Positions 1 through 12,247 of a stretch of DNA of 64,000 bases are shown here, piece after piece. A model generated the notes under the pieces. It was not told the DNA's origin. It saw nothing but the letters and a program-made list of their open reading frames with translations, and did no database searches. Source of the DNA: Dictyostelium discoideum. Taxonomy: Eukaryota. The position numbers and the translations under genes were made by a program. Every line of letters begins with the position of its first letter. The first letter of the stretch is position 1. The DNA is taken from positions 1,504,001-1,568,000 of the forward strand of contig CM000155.2 in NCBI GenBank assembly GCA_000004695.1, written 5' to 3'.

Positions 1-19
1 AATAAATTAAATTATAAAA

Positions 20-973
20 TTACTTACATTTATTATGACAAACATGGTCACAAGTACTACATAGGGTACTATGATATGGTGCATCTTTTAATTCATACTT
101 TTCAATTGTATTTTTTGTTGTATAATTTTTAAATGATTCTTTATCATTATTTGCCTTTTCCAATTGATGTTGATACTGAGATAAAGAATCTTGAAGCTTT
201 TGAAGATTTCCAATATCTGTTTTTGCTTTATGAAGAATTGATTTAATGTTGTGTCTATGGGCTTTCATTTCTCCAAAATCTTTGGTTGAAACTGATGACA
301 TCTTTGTTACACATTCAAGGATTCTATCTAAAGTTTGGAAAGAAAGTTTGAATTCAAGTTTTAATGATTCAACTGAAGTTGGGTCCCATAGTTTTGGATC
401 AGTACTGAATGCAGTATTATTCATATGAAATACATATTCTGGATTAACATTTATTTCAATTGAATTAATATCAAAGTTTCTTGTATGGCTAAGACAGTTG
501 GTAAACACAATGAAAACATTATTTAAAAGAGAATCAGGAATTGAACCACGGAGTCTTGTAATAACATTTTGAAGGTTAATTGTCATTCTTGGAACTGTAC
601 CATTTACTACAATTAATAGAGCGGACAAACTTGGGCAACTTTCTGCAGCATCAATAATTTTTCCAATATTGATATCATCTTGTTTAATACCACGTGTATC
701 TGATAAACCTGGAGTATCAATAAATACAAATTCTTTGGAGTCTTTTTTAAATGAATATTCATTACAAAGATCAGTTTGACTTTTTGTTCTATCTTTTGAA
801 TCATTTTCACTTGACTTTACGTTTTGATTTGAATTTATAAATTTGGTGCCAATTGAAACTTTAATTTTATCTGGAATTTCTCCATTTAAAAAATAATTGG
901 TTATTGTATTAATTAATGTAGATTTTCCACATCCAGTTTCACCAATAACAAGCAATGAAAATTTGTTTGACAT
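20..973 (-). CDS. P-loop GTPase, AIG1/GIMAP-like G domain
   Basis: 317-aa ORF with G1 motif GETGCGKST and G3 motif DTPG followed by LLIVVNGT; stop codon TAA at 20-22; single ORF, splicing not excluded. Confidence 0.5.
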   Translation of the reverse strand: MSNKFSLLVIGETGCGKSTLINTITNYFLNGEIPDKIKVSIGTKFINSNQNVKSSENDSKDRTKSQTDLCNEYSFKKDSKEFVFIDTPGLSDTRGIKQDDINIGKIIDAAESCPSLSALLIVVNGTVPRMTINLQNVITRLRGSIPDSLLNNVFIVFTNCLSHTRNFDINSIEINVNPEYVFHMNNTAFSTDPKLWDPTSVESLKLEFKLSFQTLDRILECVTKMSSVSTKDFGEMKAHRHNIKSILHKAKTDIGNLQKLQDSLSQYQHQLEKANNDKESFKNYTTKNTIEKYELKDAPYHSTLCSTCDHVCHNKCK

Positions 974-1800
974 TTTATTTTATATGATGTTGATGAAGAA
1001 AAGAAAAAATATTGTGAATAAAAAAAAAAAAAAATTGTTTAATAAAAAGAAAAAAAAAAAAAATTCTTCACAAAATCTTTCAAATTTTTTTTTTTTTTAA
1101 AAAATTAAGTTTTGTAATTTTGTGCCCCATCTAAATCTTTAACAAACCAAAAAAAAAAAAAAAAAAAAATTTATTATTGGGTGAAATATTTTTTAATGGG
1201 TTTCTTTGGGACTCCAATGAAAAGTATAACAGTAATTAAAAAAATGCATAAATTTTTTTTTATTTTTTTTTTTCCTTTTGAGATTTTGTTTTTCACTAAC
1301 CAGATTTTAAATTTTTATCTGTAAAAAAAAAAAAAAAATGAAAAAAAAAAAATATCCAATTAATTTTTTCTTAAAAAAAAAAAAAAATTATATCCAATAA
1401 ATTTTTTCTAATAAAAAAAAAAAATAAAGATCAATTTTAAATAATAATTCAATTATAAAAAAAAAAAAAAATTTAATACTTTTTAGTATTAGTAACCTAT
1501 CAAACAGCTTTCTTAAAAATCATAATAGAATTTTGGTTGTCATTGATAGATTTTAAAATTTCTTCATATGTTGTTGAAGTGTTTTTGGATGCATTTTGTA
1601 CTGAATACTTCAAAGTTCCCCATAAAATGATTGAATTGACCAATCATATATTAAACAATATTGATCTTTATTTTAAATTCTTTTTTTAATATTTGGATGG
1701 GATTAGCCCTATTATAAATAAAAAACTAATTTAATTGATAAGTAATTTAATCATTTATAATTTTTTTTTTTTTTTTTTTATACCCTGGTTGGGTTATTTT

Positions 1801-1852
<52 letters not shown>

Positions 1853-1983
1853 TCTTAATCTGTTTTTATTATTTTTTGTTATTTTAAATCTTTTATAAGT
1901 TTTTTTTTATTTTTTTTTTATTTTTTTTTATTTTTTTTTTTTAATTTCTAAAAATTAATATGGATAATGGATTGATCAGTCTA

Positions 1984-2310
1984 TTATTTTTTTTCTATTG
2001 CAGTTTTAATATTAACTTTATCTAAAATTGTTTGAAAAATATCAAATAATTCGTCATAAAACAATTCAAAGTTTTCTTTAATTGCAAAAAATAAATCTAC
2101 TTGATAATGAAAATTAAAATTTTTTTTGATATCATTTAATTTTCTTATTGCTTTTTCATCATATTGCGATAAAATTGTTTTTGAAATAATTAAAATAAAT
2201 GTAATATGTTGGAGCCCTTCTTTTGAATTTTTAGAATTAAAGTTTGAAATTTGTGAATTTAATTTGGAAAAACAATCATATTCATCCCACTCTGTGTTAT
2301 ATAAATCCAA
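1984..2310 (-). CDS. short ORF, possibly a 3' exon of the 2515-3262 gene
   Basis: 108-aa ORF on the same strand directly downstream; no domain recognised. Confidence 0.2.
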   Translation of the reverse strand: MDLYNTEWDEYDCFSKLNSQISNFNSKNSKEGLQHITFILIISKTILSQYDEKAIRKLNDIKKNFNFHYQVDLFFAIKENFELFYDELFDIFQTILDKVNIKTAIEKK

Positions 2311-2514
2311 AATAAAAATTACAAATTGTGAACAATATTTTGAATGAATTGAAAATTTTGATTTTTGATTTCAGACTGAACCATTTTCATTATTTTCTAT
2401 GACATTAAACACCGATTCTGGGGTTGATAATTTTTTAAAATAATCTTCAAAAAATGGTTTACCTACTTGAACATCCTCAAGACCAAATAATGAAATTTGA
2501 ATTTTTTTTAATTT

Positions 2515-3262
2515 TTATAAAATATCATTTGATATTGGTGGTTCAGGAGTAATATTTTGTAATTTAACCATTTGGCCAGTCAATAGTTTTAAACTTGAAA
2601 AATTAATTTCCATAACTTTGCAATGTGTTATAAACAAAGCAAAATTTTCAATACCAAGTAAATTTGTTGCTTTTAATGTTTCTAATTTTGGTAAAATTAA
2701 AATTAAATCTTTTTGTTGATTAAAATCATAATTCTTTACATTCGAAAAACCAATATCTAAATATTTTAAACTATTTTTAAAGTTTGAGTTTATGAAATCA
2801 ATAATATTATTATAGTTTTGAATTGTTAAAGTATCTTTTAAAGTCAATCTTTGTAAATGTGAACTTTCAACCAAAAAACAATTTAATTTTGAACAATTTG
2901 TAATATTTAATTCAACTAAATGATTTGCTTTAATTTTTATAGTTGATAATTTTGAACAATCTTGAAAACTTAAATGAGTTAAAACTGGGAATTCCATTAA
3001 ACTGAATATATTTGAAAGATCAACAAATGAAATACAATTTACTAAATTTATTTTTGATAGATTTGAAAAATTAAATGTCGACTTTAAAATTGATGAATTA
3101 AAGATACTACTATTTAAAATGTTTAAAATATAAAGTTTTGGTTTTTTTAATTTTAATGATTTAAAAAATATAGTTTCTTCTTGAGGTGTTATTATTGAGA
3201 AATCTGTATTATTAAATAATTTTTCTAAAACTCCTTCATTTATAATTTCATTGAGCTTGTTG
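2515..3262 (-). CDS. Leu-rich / FNIP-like repeat protein, main exon; true start and splicing unresolved
   Basis: The ORF continues in frame upstream of the track M at 2997 (…ISFVDLSNIFSLMEFPVL…) until a stop near 3262. Repeated L-x-x-L-x-L-x-N and an FNQ motif are typical of Dictyostelium FNIP/LRR-like repeats. Confidence 0.35.
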
Positions 3263-3510
3263 AAAGTTTATATATTTTTTTTTTTATATGGTATAAGGGT
3301 GGGAATTTTATTATATTTTTTCAAGTTTTATAATTTATTTTTTTAAATATTAATAAAATAGAATTAAAAACATTACTGGTACCAGTAATACTATTTTTTA
3401 AAATAAAAAAATATTAAATTAATAAATAAATTCATTAAAAAAAAAAAAAAAAAAAAAAAATAAATTAAAAAAATAAATATTGTAAATAACTTCTCAAACT
3501 AGCTTCTTTT

Positions 3511-3610
3511 GTTGTAGGGAATTTTCCATAAAATTTCACTACAGTAGCGTAGTGAATTTTATTATTTAATTTCACTACAGTAGCGTAGTGAAAAAAAAAA
3601 ATCACTGACC
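3511..3610. repeat. left inverted terminal repeat; contains a 2x direct repeat ttcactacagtagcgtagtgaa
   Basis: reverse complement of 6872-6971 with a single mismatch. Confidence 0.85.
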
Positions 3611-3712
3611 TTAAATTTTTTTTTTTTTCAAAAAACAAATAAAGTTTATTAAATTGAAATTTTATTTTTTGTTTTAATTATTATTTTATTTATTTTTATT
3701 AAAAATAATGGT

Positions 3713-3745
<33 letters not shown>

Positions 3746-3886
3746 CAATTTTTTTTTTTTAAATTTTTTTCAATTTTTATTTGTTTATTAAATTGTAATT
3801 TTATTTTTTGTTTTAATTATTATTTTATTTATTATTATTGTTAATTTTTTTTTTTTTTCAATTTTTTTTTTTTTAATTTATTTTTA

Positions 3887-6445
3887 TTAATTTATTTTTA
3901 TTAACTCCCTGAGTTGTTCAATTGCTTGATTTACCATATCACTGTAAACACTGCACACAATTGAATTTTTTCTAGCTTTGTTACCTCTGGTGCATTTGAT
4001 GTTTTTGCATTTTCCTTTGTATACAAAAAAGTCCAAATATAATTCGTTTTCTATTACAGTTTTTACACAATGTTGGTGAAATTGTTTTGATTTTAATTCT
4101 AATGCTTCTAACATCATATTTGAATTTTTAACGATTAAAGCATCACCACTATTTACATATAGTACTTTGGCTGCTTTTTCGAGGAATTTAGTCAAATTTT
4201 CCTCTGAATCTAACTATTCTTCATTGCCATATTCAATGGCTAAATTTCTTAAGAGTTTTATCGAATCTATTAATTCTTCGATCATTCTTTTTTTTTGAAA
4301 TTTTTTTTTATTTTGTTTTTTCAATTTTTTTTTTTTATTTTGTTTTTTCAATTTTTTTTAAGTTTTATTTTTTTTTATTTTTTTTTATTTTTTTTAACAA
4401 ATGTAATTTTTTTTTATTTTTTTCAATTTTTTTTTTTTTTAATTTTTAATTTTTTTTTTTTTTTTTAATTTTTTGTGTTGATTTGTGTTTTTTTTGTTTT
4501 TTTGATTTGGCCACTTGTTTTTATTTTCTAATTTCCCCATACCCCCTTCTATTAATTGCAACCAAATCAAGTTCTAATTTTTGTGTCCTTGTTGACTTTG
4601 TTTTTGCAACTTTTTTTGAAGGTATCACATTAACGATTTTTCCTATTGATGGTGATTTGGAAGGTGATTTAAATGGTGATTTAAATGGTGAATTGGAAGG
4701 TGATTTAAATGGTGAATTGGAAGGTGAAATGGATGGTGATTTGGAAGGTAATTTAAATGGTGATTTGGAAGGTGATTTAAATGGTGATTTAAATGGTGAA
4801 TTGGAAGGTGAAATGGATGTTGATTTGAGAGGTGATTTGGATGTTGATTTGAGAGGTGATTTGGATGGTTTAGAATGTGATTTTAAAGGAGGTTTATTAA
4901 CAATTGGTATCTTATGAGGACGGCCTCTGAGACGTTTAACAGTTGTTACTATACCACTACCAGATTGTGGTATAGTATATGATGGTATTATTTGCACTTG
5001 AGGTATTGGTGGTACTATTTCTTTTAAATTCATATCCTTTCTCAAACAATTCATTAAATTTGGCGCTGTTGGATTATTATTTAAAAATGGGAGTATTTCT
5101 TCTTGTTCCATTTCATTATTGAGTTTGTGTTGAAATGGATTATCGTTAATGATAGGTGGAATATTTGATGGATTGTTAAGAGCATCTTCCAAAACCCTAA
5201 ATGGATCATTTTGTGTTACCAATTGATGCAAGTTGAAATTGGATAAATCCTTACCAAGATTTTTAATAAACTGAACCAGAAATTCAATAACTTTCCCATC
5301 ATTATTTAAATAAAGACCAGAAGTAAAAGAATCAATATCTTTTTGTATGTTTGGCGATGTTCTAAAAATATCAACTGTTGATTGTTTATAAAGAACCAAC
5401 TTGTTACCTCCTACAAAACCAGAGTATAAACCTTTTTTTTGAAGGCTATTGATTCCATCTTCCAAAAATTCAAGTTTATAAAGTTGTTTAGTGTCTTCCT
5501 GTATTACCTTATGAATTTTACACAAAATCAATATTTTCTATTAGAATTAAATATAAAATTTGTTAATTATTACTGTTTCATATATTATTAATCTTTATGT
5601 TTTAATTACTTACATTATTTTTTTTAATTTCTAGAAAGAGTACAGTATCACCAACTTTCAATCCCTTTGGTGGTTTTGAATTCCATTGATTTTGGTAACT
5701 TGTGAGATTTTCAAGAATAATAGCTGTTATTTCTTCTTTTGAAACATCTGAAACACCAATTGATTGAGAGTCTTGTTCTGATTGCACATTAATAAACAAA
5801 GGTACAATACCAACAGCTTGAGATGGTGTCATTTTAATTGTTCTTGTTTTTGTATTATTGTAATCATACAAAGCTTGTTTTAATAGTTCAGAAAGAGACC
5901 TAGAAGTACCATCAAGAAAACTAAAATTTATTTATAAATGATTAATTAATAAACATATCGATAATTTATATTGTTCAAAATATCATACTCTTGTTGTTTT
6001 AATTTTGAGATCCTCTCCTTGATAGTTCGATTCAATCTTTCTACCATACCTTGAGTTGTTGGTGTACGAGGAGCTCCATGTGCTGACTTGGAGCCTGGAA
6101 AAAGTTTTAGGAATTCTTTTTGGACTTTGTTTTTAAATTCACGTCCATTATCGCAGTGCCATACTTTCACAGAGTTTTAATATAAAAGTTACAAAACATC
6201 ATATAAAAAATGATTGATACCAAACCTTTTATTCTATTTCGTTGGCAAATGTCACACGTATCTACTGCATCAGATACAAAAGAATACAATCCCATATTAT
6301 AATATTTAGTCTTGTAGTTCCCATAGGTTGCATCTCTTCCTATATGACCTTTATGCATTTCTTCCCAGAGTGATACCATTCTATAATCATTAATTACTTC
6401 TAAACACACTTCTTTTGATATATTTCTATCTCCGCCACAATTCAT
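3887..6445 (-). CDS. integrase-like transposase, multi-exon (exons approx 6445-6227, 6170-5997, 5929-5602, 5531-4521, 4195-3887)
   Basis: Consecutive minus-strand ORFs from the track: HHCC zinc finger (H..H…CDICQ), catalytic core, C-terminal module, AT-hook RGRP plus (SPLKS)n repeats, and a C-terminal 102-aa ORF. One intron is supported at about 5997-5930 (GTATGA…TTTTAG; joins …ISKLKQQ to DFLDGTSRSL…). A second at about 6226-6171 joins …RNRIK to VWHCDNGREF. Confidence 0.55.
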
Positions 6446-6871
6446 GACTTTTTTTTCAATTCTAAATAATTTTTCTTTTCTGTTTCTGTTTTTTATTGGT
6501 CAGAATTTAAAAAATGATTGTGTTATGGTAAGGAAAAATATTTACTCATCATGTAAAAATTTATAATTTTTATGTTTAGTATTTTCAAAATTATTATCTT
6601 CAATAAATTTTAAATAATTTATAATTTCATTTATTTTATCTTGTTTCATTTTGGGAAAATGAAAATAAAAAAAAAAAAAAAAAAAAAAAAAGTTTTGTTG
6701 GGGAAAAAAAAAAAAAATTTTGGCGCAAAAAAAAAAAAAAAAAATAAAATAAAAAAAAAAAAAAATTAAATTAAAAAAAAAAAATTAAAAAACTTTAATA
6801 GAACTTATAATCAAATAAAAGATAATAATTTAATAAACTTTATTTGTTTTTTGAAAAAAAAAAAAATTTAG

Positions 6872-6971
6872 GGTCAGTGATTTTTTTTTTTCACTACGCT
6901 ACTGTAGTGAAATTAAATAATAAAATTCACTACGCTACTGTAGTGAAATTTTATTGAAAATTCCCTACAAC
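6872..6971. repeat. right inverted terminal repeat
   Basis: reverse complement of 3511-3610. Confidence 0.85.
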
Positions 6972-7025
6972 ATCTTTCATCAATTTCAATTGTAATCATT
7001 TTTTTTAATTTTTTTATTTATTTTT

Positions 7026-7060
<35 letters not shown>

Positions 7061-7909
7061 TTAATTTGTTTTTTTTTTTTTATTTTTTTTTTTTTTTTTT
7101 TTTATTTTTTTTTTTTATTAATAATCTACATTCATTTGATTGCAATTCATTTGAAGTTTCAATAACTTTCCAAACATGTGTCATTAATGTTCTATCTTAA
7201 ATAATCTAAAGTCCATAAAAATGATTAAATAAAATGAAAATTATTAAATAATAAAAAAATAAAAAATAAAAAGATTTATGGAAATGGAATAAATATAGTA
7301 ATGAAAATAAATTTTTTTTTATTTTTTTTTGAAAGAGAAAATATATACCATTATATGAAAAAAAAAATAAATTTTATTTCAACCACTTTTTTTTTTGGGT
7401 ATGAAAATTTATATAGTTATTGGTGGTGTGGTGGTGTGAAGTGGGGTATGGTGGGGTAAAAAATATAATATTATTTCAAACTCAGCTGAATATAATTTAC
7501 ATAAAGTGGCATGAAAATTTATTTAATTTTATAGTGGTTTTTAATAAATTGTGGTGGGCTATTATAAATTTAAATATGAAAATTAATAATAAATTTTGTA
7601 TTTTAAAATTAATAATAATAAACACAGTAAATTGTATTTTTTCAACAACAAAAAATATATTTTTTTGGTTTTTTTAATTATACAATTAAATTGAAAATTA
7701 TATAAATTTTCATGTGAAAAAATATTAATTTTATAGAGTGTGGTTTTTTTATTCCAACCCAATATATTTATAAAGCCGCTGTGGAGAGAGTATACAATAA
7801 CGGTACCAAATTAAATAATAACTCCAAATTCATTATATATGACTGTTCAATTAAATGCGAACTCTCAAAATAAATTAATAAATTAAAAATCAAATTAAAA
7901 AAGAAATTA

Positions 7910-7942
<33 letters not shown>

Positions 7943-8020
7943 TTATTATTATTATTAGATTCATTTATTTTTAGAATAATATAAAATGATAATAAATCAA
8001 TTTTAGTTTTTAAGGATTAA

Positions 8021-8062
<42 letters not shown>

Positions 8063-8243
8063 GAAAAAGAAAGAAAGAAAATAGGATTTATGTTTTTTTT
8101 AATATATTTTTTATATTTTATTATTGTTATTATAATAGAAAAAAAAATTTAATTAAACTTTATATTTAAAATTTAAAAAAAAAAAATTAATTTTCATTGT
8201 TGTTGTTTGAAATTATATTTTAGAAAAATAATTTTTCTACAAC

Positions 8244-9479
8244 CTAATTGTGAAGAATATTTATATCTTTAATTGATTTTGCAAATTTAATATTTTGAGC
8301 TTTAATTTTATAATATTCTTCAAATGCTTGTTTTGGACCATATTCACCACTATATAAAACTTTTAAAAACTTATCAGTTGTTTGTGCACCTCCAACTTCT
8401 AATTGATGAAACAATGAAAGATCAAAAAATATTGTTTTAGAGTAATTTAAATATTTTTCATATATTGACATTGATTCATCCAATAGAAATGGTTTATATT
8501 TGATTGTTACATATGGTTCTAAATATTGAAAAACGTCTAAATGAGTTATTTTATTATCACCATTGCTTATAAATAAACTTTTTAATCTTATTAATTTTGA
8601 ATAAACATTCTCAATTTGACCAGGTGAAAATGGAACTCCAACAACGGTATCATTATTATCAAATTTCTTTTCTTTTATTGATTTCATTAAACTAATGGAT
8701 GAATCATGATACTTTTGTAAATGATTTAGCCAATCTACCATAAAATCATCGATATCTATTTTAACAAATTGTTCAACTATTTTATGATCAACAAATTCAA
8801 ACATATGATCTAAAAGAAAAATATCATTTTCAACTGGCAATGAAATTTCACCATTGTGAATTAAAATTGAAGGGAAAAAAGCTAAAAAACAATATTCATC
8901 TGGATCATAACAAGATATTTTATATGCATCATTTAATGATATATCTTGTTCCCATCCATTTGATTCAATAATAATTGTACCAGTTGGTTTAAAAATATCT
9001 TGATCAATTTCTTTACCACCCTTTATGCATTCTAAAACATTATTTACTAATTCTTCAATATAAACTTTACAATCATCTATTAATTGTAAAAATGATTCTT
9101 TTACTTTTTCACTATAAATACTATCAATTAAATTTATAATACTCTCATTTTGTGATTTAATTTTTGAAAATAATTTACTTTCAACTGATGGTGATTTAAT
9201 AAAATCAGATTTAAATGATAAATCAAGTAATCTTTCTGGTGGGTTCAATGATTGAAATAATTCTCTACATTGCATATAATGACTTTTTTCACCATTTTCA
9301 ATTTCTATTAAATAATCTTGAAATAAAAATTTAGTTTTTGAACACAATGATTGTTTACATAATTTATTTAATTTCTCTATTAAAGTTTTTGCATTTCTTA
9401 AATTATATTTATTTTCAACTGTAATAGATTTTTCTTTAGGTTCATGAATTACAATTCTTTCTTCATAATCTGTAAACAT
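8244..9479 (-). CDS. hypothetical protein, 411 aa, no recognisable domain
   Basis: long uninterrupted ORF with ordinary amino-acid composition in an AT-rich context. Confidence 0.45.
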   Translation of the reverse strand: MFTDYEERIVIHEPKEKSITVENKYNLRNAKTLIEKLNKLCKQSLCSKTKFLFQDYLIEIENGEKSHYMQCRELFQSLNPPERLLDLSFKSDFIKSPSVESKLFSKIKSQNESIINLIDSIYSEKVKESFLQLIDDCKVYIEELVNNVLECIKGGKEIDQDIFKPTGTIIIESNGWEQDISLNDAYKISCYDPDEYCFLAFFPSILIHNGEISLPVENDIFLLDHMFEFVDHKIVEQFVKIDIDDFMVDWLNHLQKYHDSSISLMKSIKEKKFDNNDTVVGVPFSPGQIENVYSKLIRLKSLFISNGDNKITHLDVFQYLEPYVTIKYKPFLLDESMSIYEKYLNYSKTIFFDLSLFHQLEVGGAQTTDKFLKVLYSGEYGPKQAFEEYYKIKAQNIKFAKSIKDINILHN

Positions 9480-10012
9480 TTTAAAAATAACTTTATAAAA
9501 AAAAATAAAAAAATAAAAATAAAAAATAAATCAGACAATTAATTACATGGAATTAAAATTATTTATAATAAATGGGTTTGAATATTTACCTTTTATTTAC
9601 AATGTAATAATGTGAATGGATTTCTTTTGACTTATTTATCACCATATAAATTTTAAAATCTTGTGGAATTAGTTGATTTAAAATTTAAAAAGATTAAGAA
9701 AAAAAAAAAATTTTTGTTTTTTGTATTTTATTTTTTTTTTTTTTTTAATTTTTTTTTTGATTTTCAAAAAAATATCAGATTTTTTTTTTTTTTTAGTGAA
9801 AAAACCTTAATAAAAAAAAAACATAAAATTAATTATAAAAAAAAAAAAAAAAATGAAAAAAAAGGCCCAACTTTTTTTTGATAAAAAAAAAAATAAAAAA
9901 ATAAAAAAATAAAAAAAATAAGTTTAAAAAAATGATCAAATCGTATTTTTTATTTTAGTGTTAATTTTTTTTTTTTTTTTAGTGTTAATTTTTTTTTTTG
10001 GTGAAAATAAAA

Positions 10013-11207
10013 TTATTCCAATTCCTGATCGGATTGTCTTGATCTTTTCCTGGGGAGATTATCGTCAATGGTTTCAACTTCTTGGACTAATTGTTTGACA
10101 GAATCACATAGTGATTTTAAGATATCAATCACTTGTTGGTTATGATCACCTTGCTTTTGGAAAATTTCCAAATGTTTTTGTTTAAGATCATTGCTCTTTT
10201 TCGTAACCTTGAGGAGCTCATTCTTTACCAAGAATGTATTTTGCAGTGTTTCATGGACCTTTGTCTTAACACTGGTATGGTGTTGTTTATCTACCAAGTT
10301 GCTGGTTCTAATTTCGTTTTGGATTTGGTTTTATGTTAGTTGGCTACCAGAAGTTGCAAGCACTCTAGTAAACTCGATTTGGCTCTGGAGCTTGATAACC
10401 AATTTTGAAATTGGATAGAACACTCTTTTTAGTTGTGGAATGAGAGCTTTGACTTGATTGCTTACAATTTGATGTTTTGCTACCATAATTTTCTTCTTGA
10501 ATTCTATCTTCATCTTCGGTTTCCTCATCAGTCTCTTCATCAACAGTTTGCGATGGAGTTAATTTTGGCGTGTTACCATTTTCAGATGGAGTTGGGTTTG
10601 GTATAGATGCAGTGGTTTTGAGTCCATGTTGATTAATATACATAACTATATTATTGTACTTGTTCATCAATACTTGACTTTTGCCACTGAATTTGTTTCT
10701 GGTGAATAGATTGACTAGATGGGATCTGAACTTTTTAGGGCAGTCATTGTTTAACTTGTGGACATAAACAACCATTTTGTGAAATTCTTCATAACATTTG
10801 TAATGTTGATCTTTTTCTGAGTCATCTGTAACCCTTGTAAGATAATTTCTGAGTTCTGGACTGAATAGGAAATTTAATGATGTGATATTATTTGCAAAAT
10901 GCTCCACAATGAAATCGTTGGCCTTCTTGTAAGTTACACGTTTCCCACCATTTTTATTTTCAGCTTTTTGGCGAATACAATATGAATAGAAAAGAACGTC
11001 ATCATTGTCTTTGATTAGATCATAGTTTTCTTTAAGAAATGAGCACTCTAGAAATGGTTCAAGTAAACCATCCACTGTGCTTGGGGTTGCGTCAACAAAT
11101 CCAACCATTCCTTTCTGAGAATTAATATATCTGGTGTTAGTTGCAAATGAAAGTGTGACAGTATCAGTAGTGTTGATGTATATTGGGTCCGAATCATCAA
11201 CTGACAA
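10013..11207 (-). CDS. hypothetical protein; frame interrupted between 10297 and 10365 (intron or pseudogene)
   Basis: ORFs 10365-11207 (280 aa) and 10013-10297 (94 aa, coiled-coil-like) lie on the same strand but in different frames. An acidic DEETDEETEDED stretch is present. Confidence 0.3.
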
Positions 11208-12007
11208 TGATTCATAATTCTCTGCTTTTTATTGTAGTTTAATGAATTTTGCGATTTTGTAAAATGTAAGTTTGCCAACTTCATATCTTATATTTGGAAT
11301 TTGGTAATGCAAATAATTATCATTCATTTTTTTATTTATTTTTTTTTTTTAAATACATTTTTTTTTAGTCGTTTGAGGTTTGACAAAATATTGATGAACC
11401 ATATTTAATTTTTAAATAAAATATCATTAACAACCAAATATTTAAATATTTCCATTATTATAAAATCTTATTGGGCTAACAACTAAAAAATCTTTATGTG
11501 GTAACATCTAAAAAAATCTTTAATAATTAAATATTCTATTAACTAAAATCATTTCAGTATAACAGCTAAAAAATCTAGTTATTGTGAAAAATTAAAAAAT
11601 AAAAAAATAAAAAAATAAAAAAATAATAAAAAAAAAATAAATTTTTTTTTTTTTTTTTATATTATTTTTTTTTATAGATAAAAAACCTAAAATGGAAAAT
11701 CATTTAATAAATAAAAAAAAAAAAATCATAACATTATTTAAAATAATAAAAACTATACTCAGTTGTGTAGGAATTTTTTGTACATTTAAAAATAATTTTA
11801 TAGGTAATTCAATAGATTTTTTATATGACGATTCTATTAATAATTTAAATCGAGATTTATATATTTTTGATCCTACAGCACTAAACAAATACTTATATAG
11901 GAATAAAACCAATTGGAATTATAGACAAAAAAAAGAAACAAAACAATGTAAAAAAAAAAAACTCTGTTGTCAAAATTGATGACCGTTGTCAGTTAGATAC
12001 TCAACAG

Positions 12008-12112
12008 ATGTCAATGGTCAAAAGAATTGTTAGACCAATTTTTATGAAAAAATATACAAAGTCAAGGTTATATTGCGAATCTATTATCGATTTCCTATTA
12101 TATTATTTAATT
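12008..12112 (+). CDS. PIF/Harbinger-type DDE transposase (DDE_Tnp_4), exon 1
   Basis: true ATG at 12008; donor GTAAGT at 12113. Confidence 0.55.
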
Positions 12113-12247
12113 GTAAGTAAAAAAAAAAAAAGAAATTATAATTTAAATTTTTTTTTTCCATTTCTATTTCTATTTTTTAAAATTATTATTATTTTTATTA
12201 TTACTATTTAAAAAAAAAAGTACTAATTAAAAATAATATAATTTCAG

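Larger units (their letters stand above)
3511..6971 (-). mobile_element. Tdd-4-like DNA transposon (about 3.46 kb) with inverted terminal repeats and an integrase-like transposase
   Basis: About 100-bp inverted terminal repeats at 3511-3610 and 6872-6971 that differ at one position. The internal minus-strand multi-exon gene has an HHCC zinc finger, an rve-type DDE core (DNGREF … HGAPRTPTTQGMVERLNRTIK) and a GPY/F-like tail (KPPKGLKVGDTVLF). AT-rich subterminal direct repeats lie at 3640-3850. Confidence 0.6.

Noticed and set aside
4483-4917. Plus-strand ORF encoding (GDLEGDLNG)n
   Set aside because: It is antisense to the (SPLKS)n repeat region of the minus-strand integrase-like gene. Codon periodicity creates an open antisense frame.
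9663-9881. ORFs within poly-A/T-rich intergenic DNA (e.g. 897-1100, 9663-9881, 13244-13483, 35515-35739, 54288-54557, 61580-61783)
   Set aside because: Poly-K/F/N translations of homopolymer tracts; no coding signal.
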